32,000 nucleotides of DNA, from contig NC_000917.1 of assembly GCF_000008665.1 (NCBI RefSeq), positions 2,146,401 through 2,178,400 of the forward strand, read 5' to 3'. Both the position numbers and the translations under genes were made by a program. Every line of letters starts with the position of its first letter. The first letter of the stretch is position 1. The notes below the pieces were generated by a model. The model ran no database searches, had not been told where the DNA came from, and worked only from the letters and a program-made list of their open reading frames with translations. Shown here in pieces: positions 1-8,418 of this stretch. The DNA comes from Archaeoglobus fulgidus DSM 4304 (GTDB lineage: Archaea; Halobacteriota; Archaeoglobi; Archaeoglobales; Archaeoglobaceae).

Positions 1-1206
1 GCATTTAAGCAGGTCACTGCAAGACTTAGGGAGCTTGAGAGCATAGGCCACGACGTTAGCAAGGTTGAGATAATCGTGATGGGCGGAACCTTTCCCGCGA
101 GAGACGCTGATTACAAGGAAAAATTCATGCTGGGTATTTTCAACGCTCTCAACAGCTTTAACAGCAACACCAAACCCGAAAATGACCTGGAAAGGGCGAA
201 GAGGAAGAATGAGAGGGCCAAGGCGAGGTGCGTTGGGATAACATTCGAGACCCGGCCGGATTATGCGAGAGAGGAGCACATAAGGGAGATGCTGAGGTTC
301 GGCGGTACAAAGGTTGAGCTGGGCGTTCAGAGCCTTTACGATGACGTGCTGGAGAGAATAAAGAGGGGACACGGGGTTAAGGAAGTTGCGGAGGCAACGA
401 GACTGCTCAGGGACTCAGCCTTTAAGGTCGGCTACCACATCATGCCCGGACTTCCGGGGTCGAGCTTTGAAAGAGACCTGAGAATGTTCAGAGAGCTTTT
501 CGAGAACGATAGCTTCAAGCCGGATTACCTCAAAATTTACCCTACTCTTGTCGTTGAGGGGACGGAGCTTTACGAGATGTGGAAGAGAGGGGAGTATGAG
601 CCATACACAACTGAAGAGGTGGTGGAGCTAATCGTAATGGCAAAGCGTCGCTTTCCCGAGTGGGTGAGGGTTCAGAGGATTCAGCGCGACATTCCCGTTA
701 AGGCGGCAATAGGCTTGGACAAGGGCAACATCAGGCAGCTTGTCCACAGAAGGCTGAAGGAGATGGGATACAGCTGCAGGTGCATTCGCTGCAGGGAGGT
801 TGGACACAAAGGGGTGAGGCCCGAGGAGTACTCCAAAGCCGAGCTTGTTGTAAGAGAGTACGTTGCATCCGAAGGTAGGGAGTTCTTCATATCCTTCGAA
901 ATACCCGAGTACGATGCGCTTGTCGGCTTTGTGAGGCTGAGGTTTCCCAAAGAGCCTTTTATCGAGGTGTTGAGAGATGCTGCTCTAATTAGGGAGCTTC
1001 ACGTTTACGGCAGGGCTGTGCCGATTGGGCAGAGCAGCGACGCCTTCCAGCACAGGGGGTTTGGTGAGAGGCTGCTGAAAGAGGCTGAGGAGATTGCGAA
1101 GGAAGAATACGACAGAATTGCGGTAATCAGCGGTGTGGGTGTGAGGGATTACTACAGAAAACTTGGCTACAGGCTCAGACAAGGATACATGGTCAAGAAA
1201 CTGTAG
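1..1206 (+). CDS. elp3: Elp3-type radical-SAM/GNAT acetyltransferase homologue, 5'-truncated by the window edge
   Basis: Frame 1 is open from base 1 (AFKQVTARLRELESIGHDVSKVEIIVMGGTF precedes the first Met at 76), so the true start lies upstream of the window. The C-terminal GNAT fold carries the acetyl-CoA motif QHRGFGERLLKEAEEIA. The preceding part matches the Elp3 radical-SAM C-terminal half (YLKIYPTLVVEGTELY). Confidence 0.85.
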   Translation, partial: AFKQVTARLRELESIGHDVSKVEIIVMGGTFPARDADYKEKFMLGIFNALNSFNSNTKPENDLERAKRKNERAKARCVGITFETRPDYAREEHIREMLRFGGTKVELGVQSLYDDVLERIKRGHGVKEVAEATRLLRDSAFKVGYHIMPGLPGSSFERDLRMFRELFENDSFKPDYLKIYPTLVVEGTELYEMWKRGEYEPYTTEEVVELIVMAKRRFPEWVRVQRIQRDIPVKAAIGLDKGNIRQLVHRRLKEMGYSCRCIRCREVGHKGVRPEEYSKAELVVREYVASEGREFFISFEIPEYDALVGFVRLRFPKEPFIEVLRDAALIRELHVYGRAVPIGQSSDAFQHRGFGERLLKEAEEIAKEEYDRIAVISGVGVRDYYRKLGYRLRQGYMVKKL

Positions 1207-1225
1207 CTATTCGAGAAGTGTCACC

Positions 1226-1444
1226 TCACTTCGGCTCTCTCCTCCCCGAAACGAAGTCCTTCGCGGCGACAACAATTGGACAGTAAGGAGGGCAGTTCTT
1301 GGAAACATGAATCCTGCAGAAAAGCCTTCTTGAACAGTCAACTACTCTATAGCTGAGAGTTTCGGGATACACTATCATTAGAGCTCTTGTCCTTTTTCCG
1401 GTGACGGCGAGCTTTACGGTTTTCGGTTCCATCGGCTGAAGCAT
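1226..1444 (-). CDS. Hypothetical small Cys-containing protein (72 aa); family not recognised
   Basis: ATG-initiated ORF, tail-to-tail with elp3 across a 19-nt gap. Codon usage resembles its neighbours (AGG/AGA Arg, AAG Lys). Four Cys occur in a short span (DCSRRLFC...NCPPYCP). I see no recognisable domain. Confidence 0.3.
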   Translation of the reverse strand: MLQPMEPKTVKLAVTGKRTRALMIVYPETLSYRVVDCSRRLFCRIHVSKNCPPYCPIVVAAKDFVSGRREPK

Positions 1445-1665
1445 TGCAAAAAGTAAGTGGAGGCAAATATAGGCTTTTTTTACAAATCAGTGATTTAATC
1501 ATTGTAATTACGTCGGCCGTATTTCGTTTTTGCAAGAAAATCACATGCCAGCTTAATTATTAATTAAAACGCTTTTGCGAACTTTTTTATTAAGTAAACT
1601 TTGTTAGGTATGGTTATTTCTATTTCGCAATTACAGGCTCTACCAAAACCTTTTTAATTAGGTAT

Positions 1666-1677
1666 TGGTAATTACCA
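1666..1677. promoter_or_regulatory. Perfect 12-bp palindrome TGGTAATTACCA, candidate operator upstream of the wHTH regulator gene
   Basis: Read directly. It lies 31-42 nt upstream of the GTG start at 1708, inside a 263-bp AT-rich divergent intergenic region that also carries repeated (T)AATTAC motifs at 1505-1511, 1629-1634 and 1669-1675. Confidence 0.35.
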
Positions 1678-1707
1678 TTACAATAATAATGTACGCGAGG
1701 TGGTCTC

Positions 1708-1998
1708 GTGATAGACGTCGATACACTCTTTGGAAGAAAGCCGGATGGGGAAAGCCAGAAAATTTTGAAAGTTATTTCCCGCAGTGGGATGAGTAACATC
1801 CTTTTCAGCCTTGAAAAGGCTCCCCTCCGGTTTTCTCAGCTGATGTTTGAGACGAAGCTGAATCCGGGAATTTTGGACAGGCACTTAAAGGCTCTGATGC
1901 AGCTGAACATTGTTGAGAAGAACAGCGATTCGTACGAGCTTACACCGAGCGGAAAGCGGCTCGTGAAAATTCTTGAGCAACTCTTTTCAATTGTGTAG
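1708..1998 (+). CDS. Small winged-helix transcriptional regulator (HxlR/ArsR/MarR-like)
   Basis: GTG start preceded by GAGGTGG (1697-1703). The 96-aa product has the pattern ILFSLEKAPLRFSQLMFETKLNPGILDRHLKALMQLNIVEK, typical of HxlR-type wHTH proteins. Confidence 0.7.
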   Translation: MIDVDTLFGRKPDGESQKILKVISRSGMSNILFSLEKAPLRFSQLMFETKLNPGILDRHLKALMQLNIVEKNSDSYELTPSGKRLVKILEQLFSIV

Positions 1999-2096
1999 TT
2001 GTGAGATGATAAATTATTATACTTTTTTTTAAAATTTAAGGTTTCTCCAATCCTTCTGCATCGATAAGTTTAAGTAGTGTGGGGAGAACAGAATCT

Positions 2097-2375
2097 ATGT
2101 CTGGCCAGTTTGGCAAAGAAGAACTCGTCCATTTGCATTTGCTTCTTTTCCACGTGAAAAAAACTTTTGAGTGCTACGGTATCGAGAACGAATACTTCAA
2201 CGAATACGACAGATTGAACATCTCCCCTGTGCAGATTTTCAGACAGAAAAACGAACATCAGGAGGCCATTTTCAAGCTCTGCATGGGGATAATGAAGGCC
2301 ATGGGAAAGGAAAGGGAAGCCGAGGAGCTCTGCAAGAGCTTGAAGAGGCTGGCAATGGTGAGAGCGACGTATTAA
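2097..2375 (+). CDS. Small conserved archaeal protein, UPF0058-like
   Basis: The ORF track starts at GTG 2079. The ATG at 2097 has GGGGAG about 10 nt upstream, so I prefer it. The motif KEELVHLHLLLFHVKKTFE resembles the archaeal UPF0058 family as I remember it. The family assignment is from memory only. Confidence 0.55.
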   Translation: MSGQFGKEELVHLHLLLFHVKKTFECYGIENEYFNEYDRLNISPVQIFRQKNEHQEAIFKLCMGIMKAMGKEREAEELCKSLKRLAMVRATY

Positions 2376-4678
2376 GGGAAATACCTGATTTCGATAACAT
2401 CGGTGTATTTCCTCCAGTCCGTCTTTCTTTTTACACCTTTTATTACTTTTTCAGCGATGTTGAGCGCTCCAATCCTGTTGAGGGGCTGGTTGTTGTTTCC
2501 GCACTGGTAGCTGTAGGTGCACTTGGGGCAGCCGTCAACTCTTCCGCAATCGCAGCTTTCCAGGATCGTTTTGGAAATCTCAAACGCCCTTCTCAGTCTT
2601 TTGAAGAGGAGCTTTGACAAACCGCTTCCCCCAACGCTCGCGTCGTAAACGAAGATATCCCCTTCAGGTACGGATATACCCCCCATCTCCCTGCTCCCCC
2701 CTCCCGTTATGGCGTCGGTCGTTTCTATTATAACGTGCTCCAGGGCGTGGAAGCTTCCTGCGTAGTAGTCCTCGTAGTCTGCCGGATCCGGGAAGGGGGC
2801 GGAGAATAGGAACCCCTTTGTTTTGAAGGTGTAGCTCACGGGCTCGTCGAGGTAGTGAAAAGCCTTCCTCTCTCTGTCGAAGACGTCTCGCTCAATGTAT
2901 CCGTGAACGAGGTAGTTAATTTCGATTGAGCAGTAAACGGCATTCACAGGCTCCTCAATTTCATCTTCAACTTCAATTATTCTCGGGATGGTCATGTAGA
3001 GCGGGTCTGTTATTTCGTTTCCGTAATCCAGCTCAACGACCTCAGCTCTCAGTCTTTTCAGGTCTAACTCAACGGTTCTGTACCTCACACCGTTGTGCAC
3101 CAAAATGCTTCCCGGAAACAGCTCCTTTACGGCTATCGGTAAAGCCCTCTCCCCTATGTACTTTCCATCGTGGTATATTTTAACCGCATCACCTATTCCG
3201 CGAAAACTGAAAGCTCTGCTCAGCTCTATTGCTTTTGCCGTTGGATGAAAAGCTCCCTCCCTCTCAACGACAATTCCCTGAGCCTGGAGTTTCTGCATGA
3301 TTTCTGCAGACTGTCTATCCAGCTCTTCAAGCCGTACGGGCTTCTCGATGCACATAGAGATGAGCTGGAACTTCATAACCTCCTCGTTGTGCCTCTCAAC
3401 GTAGCCGTTTGCCTCCTCCTTAAAATAGTCCTCAGGCTTTGTCCTGTAGTAGGTGCTTATGGAGTCGTCCTCCCTCAGAATCACTACCCCTACGCTTTCC
3501 TGTCCCTTTCTCCCCGCCCTTCCCACTCTCTGAATCATCTGCCCATACGGAACGAGCTCGGAAACGACAACATCAACATCTCCGATGTCCACTCCGAGCT
3601 CAAGAGTTGGGGTTGAGACAACGATGTTAATCTCTCCCCTCTTGAACTTCGCCTCAACCTCCTCCCTGACCTCCTTCGGCAGCCCGCTCTTGTGTATTGC
3701 CGATTTCAGCCCGTGTCGCCTCAGTATCAGGTTTATAGTCTCAACGCTCTTGTAGCTGTTTCCGAAAACGATAATCTTCCTGTTTCTCAAGGCCGTGACT
3801 ATCTCTCTGACCGCCGAGTAAAGGCTGGGTGTGTAGCGGAAAATGAGGTGGAGTGTCCCCTTCCTGTGCTCTCCAGACACCAGTACGAAGTCTCTGTCAA
3901 ATAGCTCCTCGGCAAATTCGGCGGCGTTTGAAAGTGTGGCCGAAGCGCAGGCTATCTGAAACTCCGCAAACCTGGATAGCCTTTTCACGAGGTAGTGCAT
4001 GTTGCTGCCCAAAACTCCCGTGTAGGTGTGGAGCTCGTCAACCGCGATGAAGCTGAGTTCTCTGCAGATTCTTCTGAAGGCCGGCGTGTTCCTGAGGTGG
4101 TAGTCAACCATATCCGGATTGGTCAGGATGATGTCGCACTTCCCGCTCAGCACAGCCCTTCTTTCCTCTCTGCCGGAATCTCCATCGAATCTCACCGCCC
4201 TCAGGCCGAGAGATGAGGTGTAGAACTTGATTTTTTCCTCCTGGTCTCTTGCGAGAGCTTTGGTGGGGTAAAAGACCATGGCCTTACCGCCGTGCAAAGC
4301 CCTCCAAAGCATTGGAACTGCAAAGGCCTCTGTCTTGCCGAATCCTGTTGGGGCTGTGATGACGACGTCTCTCCCCTCCATAAGCCGAATCATGGCCTCC
4401 TTCTGAAACGGATAAAGCCTACCAATACCCCTTTTTCTAAGGCAGCTGGCAAGCTCTGATGGAAGAAAATCGAGCTCTTCTGTTGGTTTTTCCCTGAAGG
4501 GTCTGAGAACCTTGTAGAGGACTATTTCGTCATCCGTGTCGAAAAGCGGTAAAAGGAACTCTTTGTAGCCAACCTTTTTCAGGAGCTCGAGGTTTCTCTG
4601 CCTTATACTCCGCTTCCTGCACTTGCACCTCCTTTTCAGCATCCCGCACTGAGGGCAGAACAACTCGTCCACTTTCAA
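2372..4678 (-). CDS. DEAD/DEAH-box superfamily-2 helicase with N-terminal Zn-knuckle and C-terminal DUF1998-type Cys cluster (COG1205 / YprA-MrfA-like)
   Basis: Helicase motifs: I APTGFGKTEAF, II VDELH, III ASATLSN, VI QRVGRAGRKG. The C-terminal cluster CDCGRVDGCPKCTYSYQCGNNNQPLNR is typical of DUF1998. The N-terminus carries CPQCG...CKC. The track start is TTG at 4678. Confidence 0.9.
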   Translation of the reverse strand: MKVDELFCPQCGMLKRRCKCRKRSIRQRNLELLKKVGYKEFLLPLFDTDDEIVLYKVLRPFREKPTEELDFLPSELASCLRKRGIGRLYPFQKEAMIRLMEGRDVVITAPTGFGKTEAFAVPMLWRALHGGKAMVFYPTKALARDQEEKIKFYTSSLGLRAVRFDGDSGREERRAVLSGKCDIILTNPDMVDYHLRNTPAFRRICRELSFIAVDELHTYTGVLGSNMHYLVKRLSRFAEFQIACASATLSNAAEFAEELFDRDFVLVSGEHRKGTLHLIFRYTPSLYSAVREIVTALRNRKIIVFGNSYKSVETINLILRRHGLKSAIHKSGLPKEVREEVEAKFKRGEINIVVSTPTLELGVDIGDVDVVVSELVPYGQMIQRVGRAGRKGQESVGVVILREDDSISTYYRTKPEDYFKEEANGYVERHNEEVMKFQLISMCIEKPVRLEELDRQSAEIMQKLQAQGIVVEREGAFHPTAKAIELSRAFSFRGIGDAVKIYHDGKYIGERALPIAVKELFPGSILVHNGVRYRTVELDLKRLRAEVVELDYGNEITDPLYMTIPRIIEVEDEIEEPVNAVYCSIEINYLVHGYIERDVFDRERKAFHYLDEPVSYTFKTKGFLFSAPFPDPADYEDYYAGSFHALEHVIIETTDAITGGGSREMGGISVPEGDIFVYDASVGGSGLSKLLFKRLRRAFEISKTILESCDCGRVDGCPKCTYSYQCGNNNQPLNRIGALNIAEKVIKGVKRKTDWRKYTDVIEIRYFP

Positions 4679-4708
4679 AGTTCGGGGAGAAGTTAAAATT
4701 GGTTTTCC

Positions 4709-5320
4709 TCAGATGTGCAGAAGCTCTGCCGTGGCCTCAAGCATCGCGTCAATGCCCTCTCTGCCCCTCATTATCCTTCCATGCCCCGGGAGGATGTACT
4801 CAGCATCCAGTGACCTCAGCTTCTCAATTGACCTTGCAAGCTCCTTTTTATCGCTGCCGTAGATGTCAAATCTCCCCGGAACTCCGTTCTCGAAAATGAG
4901 GTCTCCTGTTATCGCAGCAGAGTGCTCGGGTAGATAGAAGGTCAAGCTTCCGGGAGAGTGACCGGGAGTTCTCAGAATTTCTATGCCGGTGTTTCCGATG
5001 ATGAAATGCTTACCGAGCTTTATGTCAAGGTTGAAGCGGTACTGGGAAACGGCCATGTCTTTAGAATCAAAACCGAGCAATGCCCCTCTCTCTGCAAAGA
5101 GGACGTTGCTCTCGCAATGGTCTCTGTGGAGATGAGTGTTGAAGACGTAGTTGGCCTCTCCAATTCCATCGTTCCTCATCAAACCCCTCAGATTCGTGTA
5201 GCTCTTGAAGGTGCCCGGGTCGATGACTGCAACTTCCTCATCCGCAATAACGTAGCAGTTTGACGAGTCTCTGAAGGCCCTTCCCCACGTGTAGGCGTAA
5301 ACCCCCTCAAACAGCTTCAC
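4709..5320 (-). CDS. Metallo-beta-lactamase-fold hydrolase (small, glyoxalase-II-like size)
   Basis: HxHxDH motif as THLHRDH, plus downstream TPGHSPGS, GD and PGHG metal-ligand motifs. It is 203 aa, and its stop lies 30 nt upstream of the helicase start on the same strand. Confidence 0.85.
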   Translation of the reverse strand: MKLFEGVYAYTWGRAFRDSSNCYVIADEEVAVIDPGTFKSYTNLRGLMRNDGIGEANYVFNTHLHRDHCESNVLFAERGALLGFDSKDMAVSQYRFNLDIKLGKHFIIGNTGIEILRTPGHSPGSLTFYLPEHSAAITGDLIFENGVPGRFDIYGSDKKELARSIEKLRSLDAEYILPGHGRIMRGREGIDAMLEATAELLHI

Positions 5321-5368
5321 GAATTCACTAAGCGGTAAATATTAAAAGCCTTGCTGCCACTTGATAGC

Positions 5369-5545
5369 ATGGAGAGGAGGCACCTGAAATGCCCGCTCTG
5401 CAGTGGAGAAAAATTCAGGGCTGAAGAGGGAAAGCTGGACAGCAAGTGGGGATTTACGGCCCACAAGGTCCGCATAGCTATCTGCGAGAATTGCGGCTAC
5501 GTCATGATGTTCTACAAAGGCAGGACTATCTGGGACTTCGATTAG
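5369..5545 (+). CDS. Small zinc-ribbon protein (58 aa)
   Basis: The ATG at 5369 is preferred over the TTG at 5351. Two CxxC knuckles are present (CPLCSG ... CENCGY). Confidence 0.5.
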   Translation: MERRHLKCPLCSGEKFRAEEGKLDSKWGFTAHKVRIAICENCGYVMMFYKGRTIWDFD

Positions 5546-5994
5546 CGGACGAGAAGGTTGTTGAAGGTGTTCAGGAACATGTAAAGGCTTGCAACGAGGG
5601 CTATTTCCAGCAACTCGTCGTAATCGAAGATTTCAAGGATTTTTTGAATTTCTTCATCCTCCAACTTTCCCTTAGTTATTGCAATTTTTGCAGCAAAGCT
5701 CAGGGCAGCCTTTTCTCTCTCATTCAAAGGTTCAATGCTTTCTCCCATCATTTCCAGCTTTCTGCTGTGGCTGATGAGGCAGGGGTTGCAGTAATTAACC
5801 TTCGAAACTGCGAGGGCAATCTTTTCCTTCAGGATGGGATTTAGCTTTCCTTCAGCCATAATGCTGTCTCTGAATTCAATGAACCGTAAAAGAGTTTCAG
5901 GCCTTCGTGAGAGGATTTTGTAAGCCTCTGGGACCTCTCTTCCCCTGAACCTCTCCTCCAGCATTCTTTCAATGTCCATGGTGTGGCTTGGCAT
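5542..5994 (-). CDS. AhpD-like / carboxymuconolactone decarboxylase family protein
   Basis: AhpD-core CxxCxxxH motif present as CNPCLISH. It is 150 aa and all-helical in character. Confidence 0.75.
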   Translation of the reverse strand: MPSHTMDIERMLEERFRGREVPEAYKILSRRPETLLRFIEFRDSIMAEGKLNPILKEKIALAVSKVNYCNPCLISHSRKLEMMGESIEPLNEREKAALSFAAKIAITKGKLEDEEIQKILEIFDYDELLEIALVASLYMFLNTFNNLLVR

Positions 5995-6036
5995 GGCAGT
6001 TGAAAAGGTTTATGTTGATGCTGCAAGAAAAACGTC

Positions 6037-6741
6037 ATGGAATTTCATGAAATTGATAGGATGGCGAAAAAGCTCGGTGCTGATATCTTTGGAGTGGCGG
6101 ATTTGGACCTTCTCAGAGAGTATGAAACTTTTCCGGAAAACCTTCTGGATAGCTTCGACTTCGGCATCTCCATAGGTGTTAAGCTCCCAGACCCTCTCTT
6201 CGATATGCTGCCGGACTCAAGAAACCTCTACTCCCGCTACTACGTTGTTGCCAACGACATGCTCGACAGAATCGCCTTCGAAATCAGCAGGGCTATTGAG
6301 AGTGAGGGTTACGAGGCTCTGCCGATTCCCGCCTCCAAAGTTCTCAGCGACCTTCACTGGAGGAGCTACGTCTCCCACAAAGCCATTGCCAGAGCTGCAG
6401 GAGTGGGGTGGGTTGGGAGAAATCTGCTCCTAATAACGCCTCAGTTCGGCCCGAGAGTGAGATTAGCAAGCGTTCTAACGGACATGCCCCTGAAAGCTGG
6501 AAAGCCCGCGAGAAACAGATGCGGAGTTTGCAGGGAGTGCATCGATAGCTGCATAACTCAGGCTCTGCGCTACTCTGAGTTTGACGATTATCCCGAAAGG
6601 GATGAGGTTTTTGAGGTGGACAAGTGCGCTGCAAAGCTAAAGGAGTTTGCCAGCAATCCCGACATAGGGACAATGGTGTGTGGTATATGTATCAAGGTTT
6701 GCCCGTGGGGAAAATTGGGAAACAAAACAAAAGGCAATTAA
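6037..6741 (+). CDS. 4Fe-4S cluster protein, epoxyqueuosine-reductase (QueG)-like
   Basis: The segment HKAIARAAGVGWVGRNLLLITPQFGPRVRLASVLTDMPL matches the QueG core. Two ferredoxin-type Cys clusters follow (CGVCRECIDSC and CGICIKVCPWG). Confidence 0.65.
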   Translation: MEFHEIDRMAKKLGADIFGVADLDLLREYETFPENLLDSFDFGISIGVKLPDPLFDMLPDSRNLYSRYYVVANDMLDRIAFEISRAIESEGYEALPIPASKVLSDLHWRSYVSHKAIARAAGVGWVGRNLLLITPQFGPRVRLASVLTDMPLKAGKPARNRCGVCRECIDSCITQALRYSEFDDYPERDEVFEVDKCAAKLKEFASNPDIGTMVCGICIKVCPWGKLGNKTKGN

Positions 6742-6763
6742 GGAACGGAGCTTAGTGAATGTT

Positions 6764-7246
6764 ATGAAACAGGAGATTGCGAAAATGGTCAGGGACTGGC
6801 TGGTTGAGGAGGGAATTTACAAGGACAAGGTTGCAGACGAGAATGCAGACTACCACTTTCTGGCTGAGATTCCCCCGAACTCAAGGCAGTTCATCGACGT
6901 TGTTTTCCCGAAGAACAGGGATGACATGGTCGTTGTCGCATCGGGGATAAGGCTTAGTGATGAGCACTACCGCTCCCTGATGAGCTTGAATGCCGAAAAA
7001 AGAAACGAACTGCTGTGGAAAATGCGCTTTGACCTGCTTTTCCTGCCCACAGGCTTTCAGATTCTGCCGAATGTTGACGATCCTCAGCTCTTCCAGTTCA
7101 CGAGGGAGCTTTACTTCGACGGGCTGAACAAGAACCTCTTCATGGATGCTATTAAGCAGGTTCACCGCTGCAAGCTTTACGTTATCTGGACGATGCAGAG
7201 AATTTCCGGAAAGCGTGATGAGCCCGACATGTCCATGTATCGTTAA
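6764..7246 (+). CDS. Conserved hypothetical protein (possibly DUF2299-like; family uncertain)
   Basis: The ORF track starts at 6680 and overlaps the previous gene. The ATG at 6764 (MKQEIAKMVRDW...) lies just past the upstream stop and has GGAG at 6747-6750. No catalytic motifs recognised. Confidence 0.5.
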   Translation: MKQEIAKMVRDWLVEEGIYKDKVADENADYHFLAEIPPNSRQFIDVVFPKNRDDMVVVASGIRLSDEHYRSLMSLNAEKRNELLWKMRFDLLFLPTGFQILPNVDDPQLFQFTRELYFDGLNKNLFMDAIKQVHRCKLYVIWTMQRISGKRDEPDMSMYR

Positions 7247-7258
7247 TTTTTAAAAAAG

Positions 7259-7273
7259 TTCATATAGTATGAA
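7259..7273. promoter_or_regulatory. Palindrome TTCATAtagTATGAA between an A/T box (TTTTAAAAAA, 7247-7256) and the start codon of the LLM oxidoreductase gene; candidate operator
   Basis: Read directly. The arms TTCATA and TATGAA are exact reverse complements. The position between the TATA-like box and the ATG at 7288 is typical for archaeal repressor sites. Confidence 0.3.
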
Positions 7274-7287
7274 ATCCTCTCGCCAGT

Positions 7288-8379
7288 ATGGAGTTCGGGA
7301 CTGTTGCGCCAACCTTTCCGCCAATTGAGGAGGTGCCGAAAACAGCAAAGAGGATGGAGGAGAAGGGCTACGATGCTATATGGGTTGCTGACCACCTGAT
7401 GGGCTGGTATCCTCACGATTTGTGGAAGGAAACTATCTTTGCGATGCGCTATCCGTCATGCCACATGTTCTACGATGCTTTCTGCGAAATCTGCTACGCC
7501 GCTCCCGCAACAGAGAAGATAAAGTTCGGGACATCTGTCACTGAGGTTTTCAGGAGACATCCAGCGGTGCTGCTTCAGCAGGCCGTAACGGCCAACCACG
7601 CCACCAAGGGCAGGTTCATTCTCGGCCTTGGTGCGGGAGAGGCTGAGAACATCGTCCCCTACGGAATAGACTTCAGCAAGCCCGTTGCGAGGCTTGAGGA
7701 GGCCGTTGAGGTGATGAAGCTCATGCTGAACAGCGATTACGGGGAGCCTATAAACTACGAGGGCAAGTTCTACCGCCTTGAGGATGCGGTCTTCGACATC
7801 AAGCCAATCAGCGAAATACCCTTCTGGTTTGGGGCTCATGGCAACAGAATGCTGAAGCTAACAGCCAAGCACGGCGACGGATGGCTGCCAACCACGCTGC
7901 CCCCTGAGGTTTACAGGGAGAGGGCTGAGAAGCTCGACAGCTTTGCCAAAGAGTTTGGCAGGGAGCCGGAGGAGATAACAAAGGCCATCTTTGTTAGTCT
8001 GATTGTTGATGAAAAGCCGGAGGAGGTTGAAAAGCTTTTAAAATCCCCCATCCTGAAGGTTCACGCTTTGCTAATGCCCTCCGAGTTTTACGAGATGCTC
8101 GGCTACAAGCATCCCTTCGGCAAGTTTTACGGGCTGCTCGACTACATTCCCACCAAGTACACCAAGGAGCAGATAATGGAGGCCATAAAGCAGGTTCCGG
8201 ATGAGATAATGAGAATAGCCTACATCGCTGGAACGCCAGAGGAAATAGTCCAGCAGTTCGAGCAGTACGAGAAGCTGGGAGTTAGCCACATCGTGATATG
8301 GAATCTGACATACTTTGGCGATGTAAGCAAGATAAAGACATCCTACGCTCTGATAGACGAAATCATGAGTCACTTTTAG
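7288..8379 (+). CDS. Luciferase-like (LLM) flavin/F420-dependent oxidoreductase, Mer-related paralogue
   Basis: 363 aa. The N-terminal pattern GYDAIWVADHLMG and the internal FILGLGAGE are typical of the LLM class, including methylene-H4MPT reductase relatives. Confidence 0.8.
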   Translation: MEFGTVAPTFPPIEEVPKTAKRMEEKGYDAIWVADHLMGWYPHDLWKETIFAMRYPSCHMFYDAFCEICYAAPATEKIKFGTSVTEVFRRHPAVLLQQAVTANHATKGRFILGLGAGEAENIVPYGIDFSKPVARLEEAVEVMKLMLNSDYGEPINYEGKFYRLEDAVFDIKPISEIPFWFGAHGNRMLKLTAKHGDGWLPTTLPPEVYRERAEKLDSFAKEFGREPEEITKAIFVSLIVDEKPEEVEKLLKSPILKVHALLMPSEFYEMLGYKHPFGKFYGLLDYIPTKYTKEQIMEAIKQVPDEIMRIAYIAGTPEEIVQQFEQYEKLGVSHIVIWNLTYFGDVSKIKTSYALIDEIMSHF

Positions 8380-8418
8380 CGGGCAAAGTTTTTTTGCCTT
8401 TGCGCCTTTTTTTAAACT

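Noticed and set aside
2171-2617. 148-aa plus-strand ORF overlapping UPF0058 and the helicase 3' end
   Set aside because: It is out of frame with the better-supported UPF0058 ORF, runs antisense into the helicase DUF1998 region, and has no recognisable features.
4709-4711. In-frame TGA between the MBL and helicase genes as a selenocysteine codon
   Set aside because: No SECIS-like structure is evident, the flanking context is a normal C-terminus, and Archaeoglobus-type genomes are not known to carry Sec machinery. Read-through or reinitiation is kept only as a low-confidence finding.
8380-8418. Possible TPP riboswitch upstream of thiC
   Set aside because: The intergenic region is only 39 nt, too short for a THI-box aptamer. 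It contains just a small GGCAA/TTGCC hairpin plus T-runs and a TATA-like TTTTTTTAAA close to the ATG.
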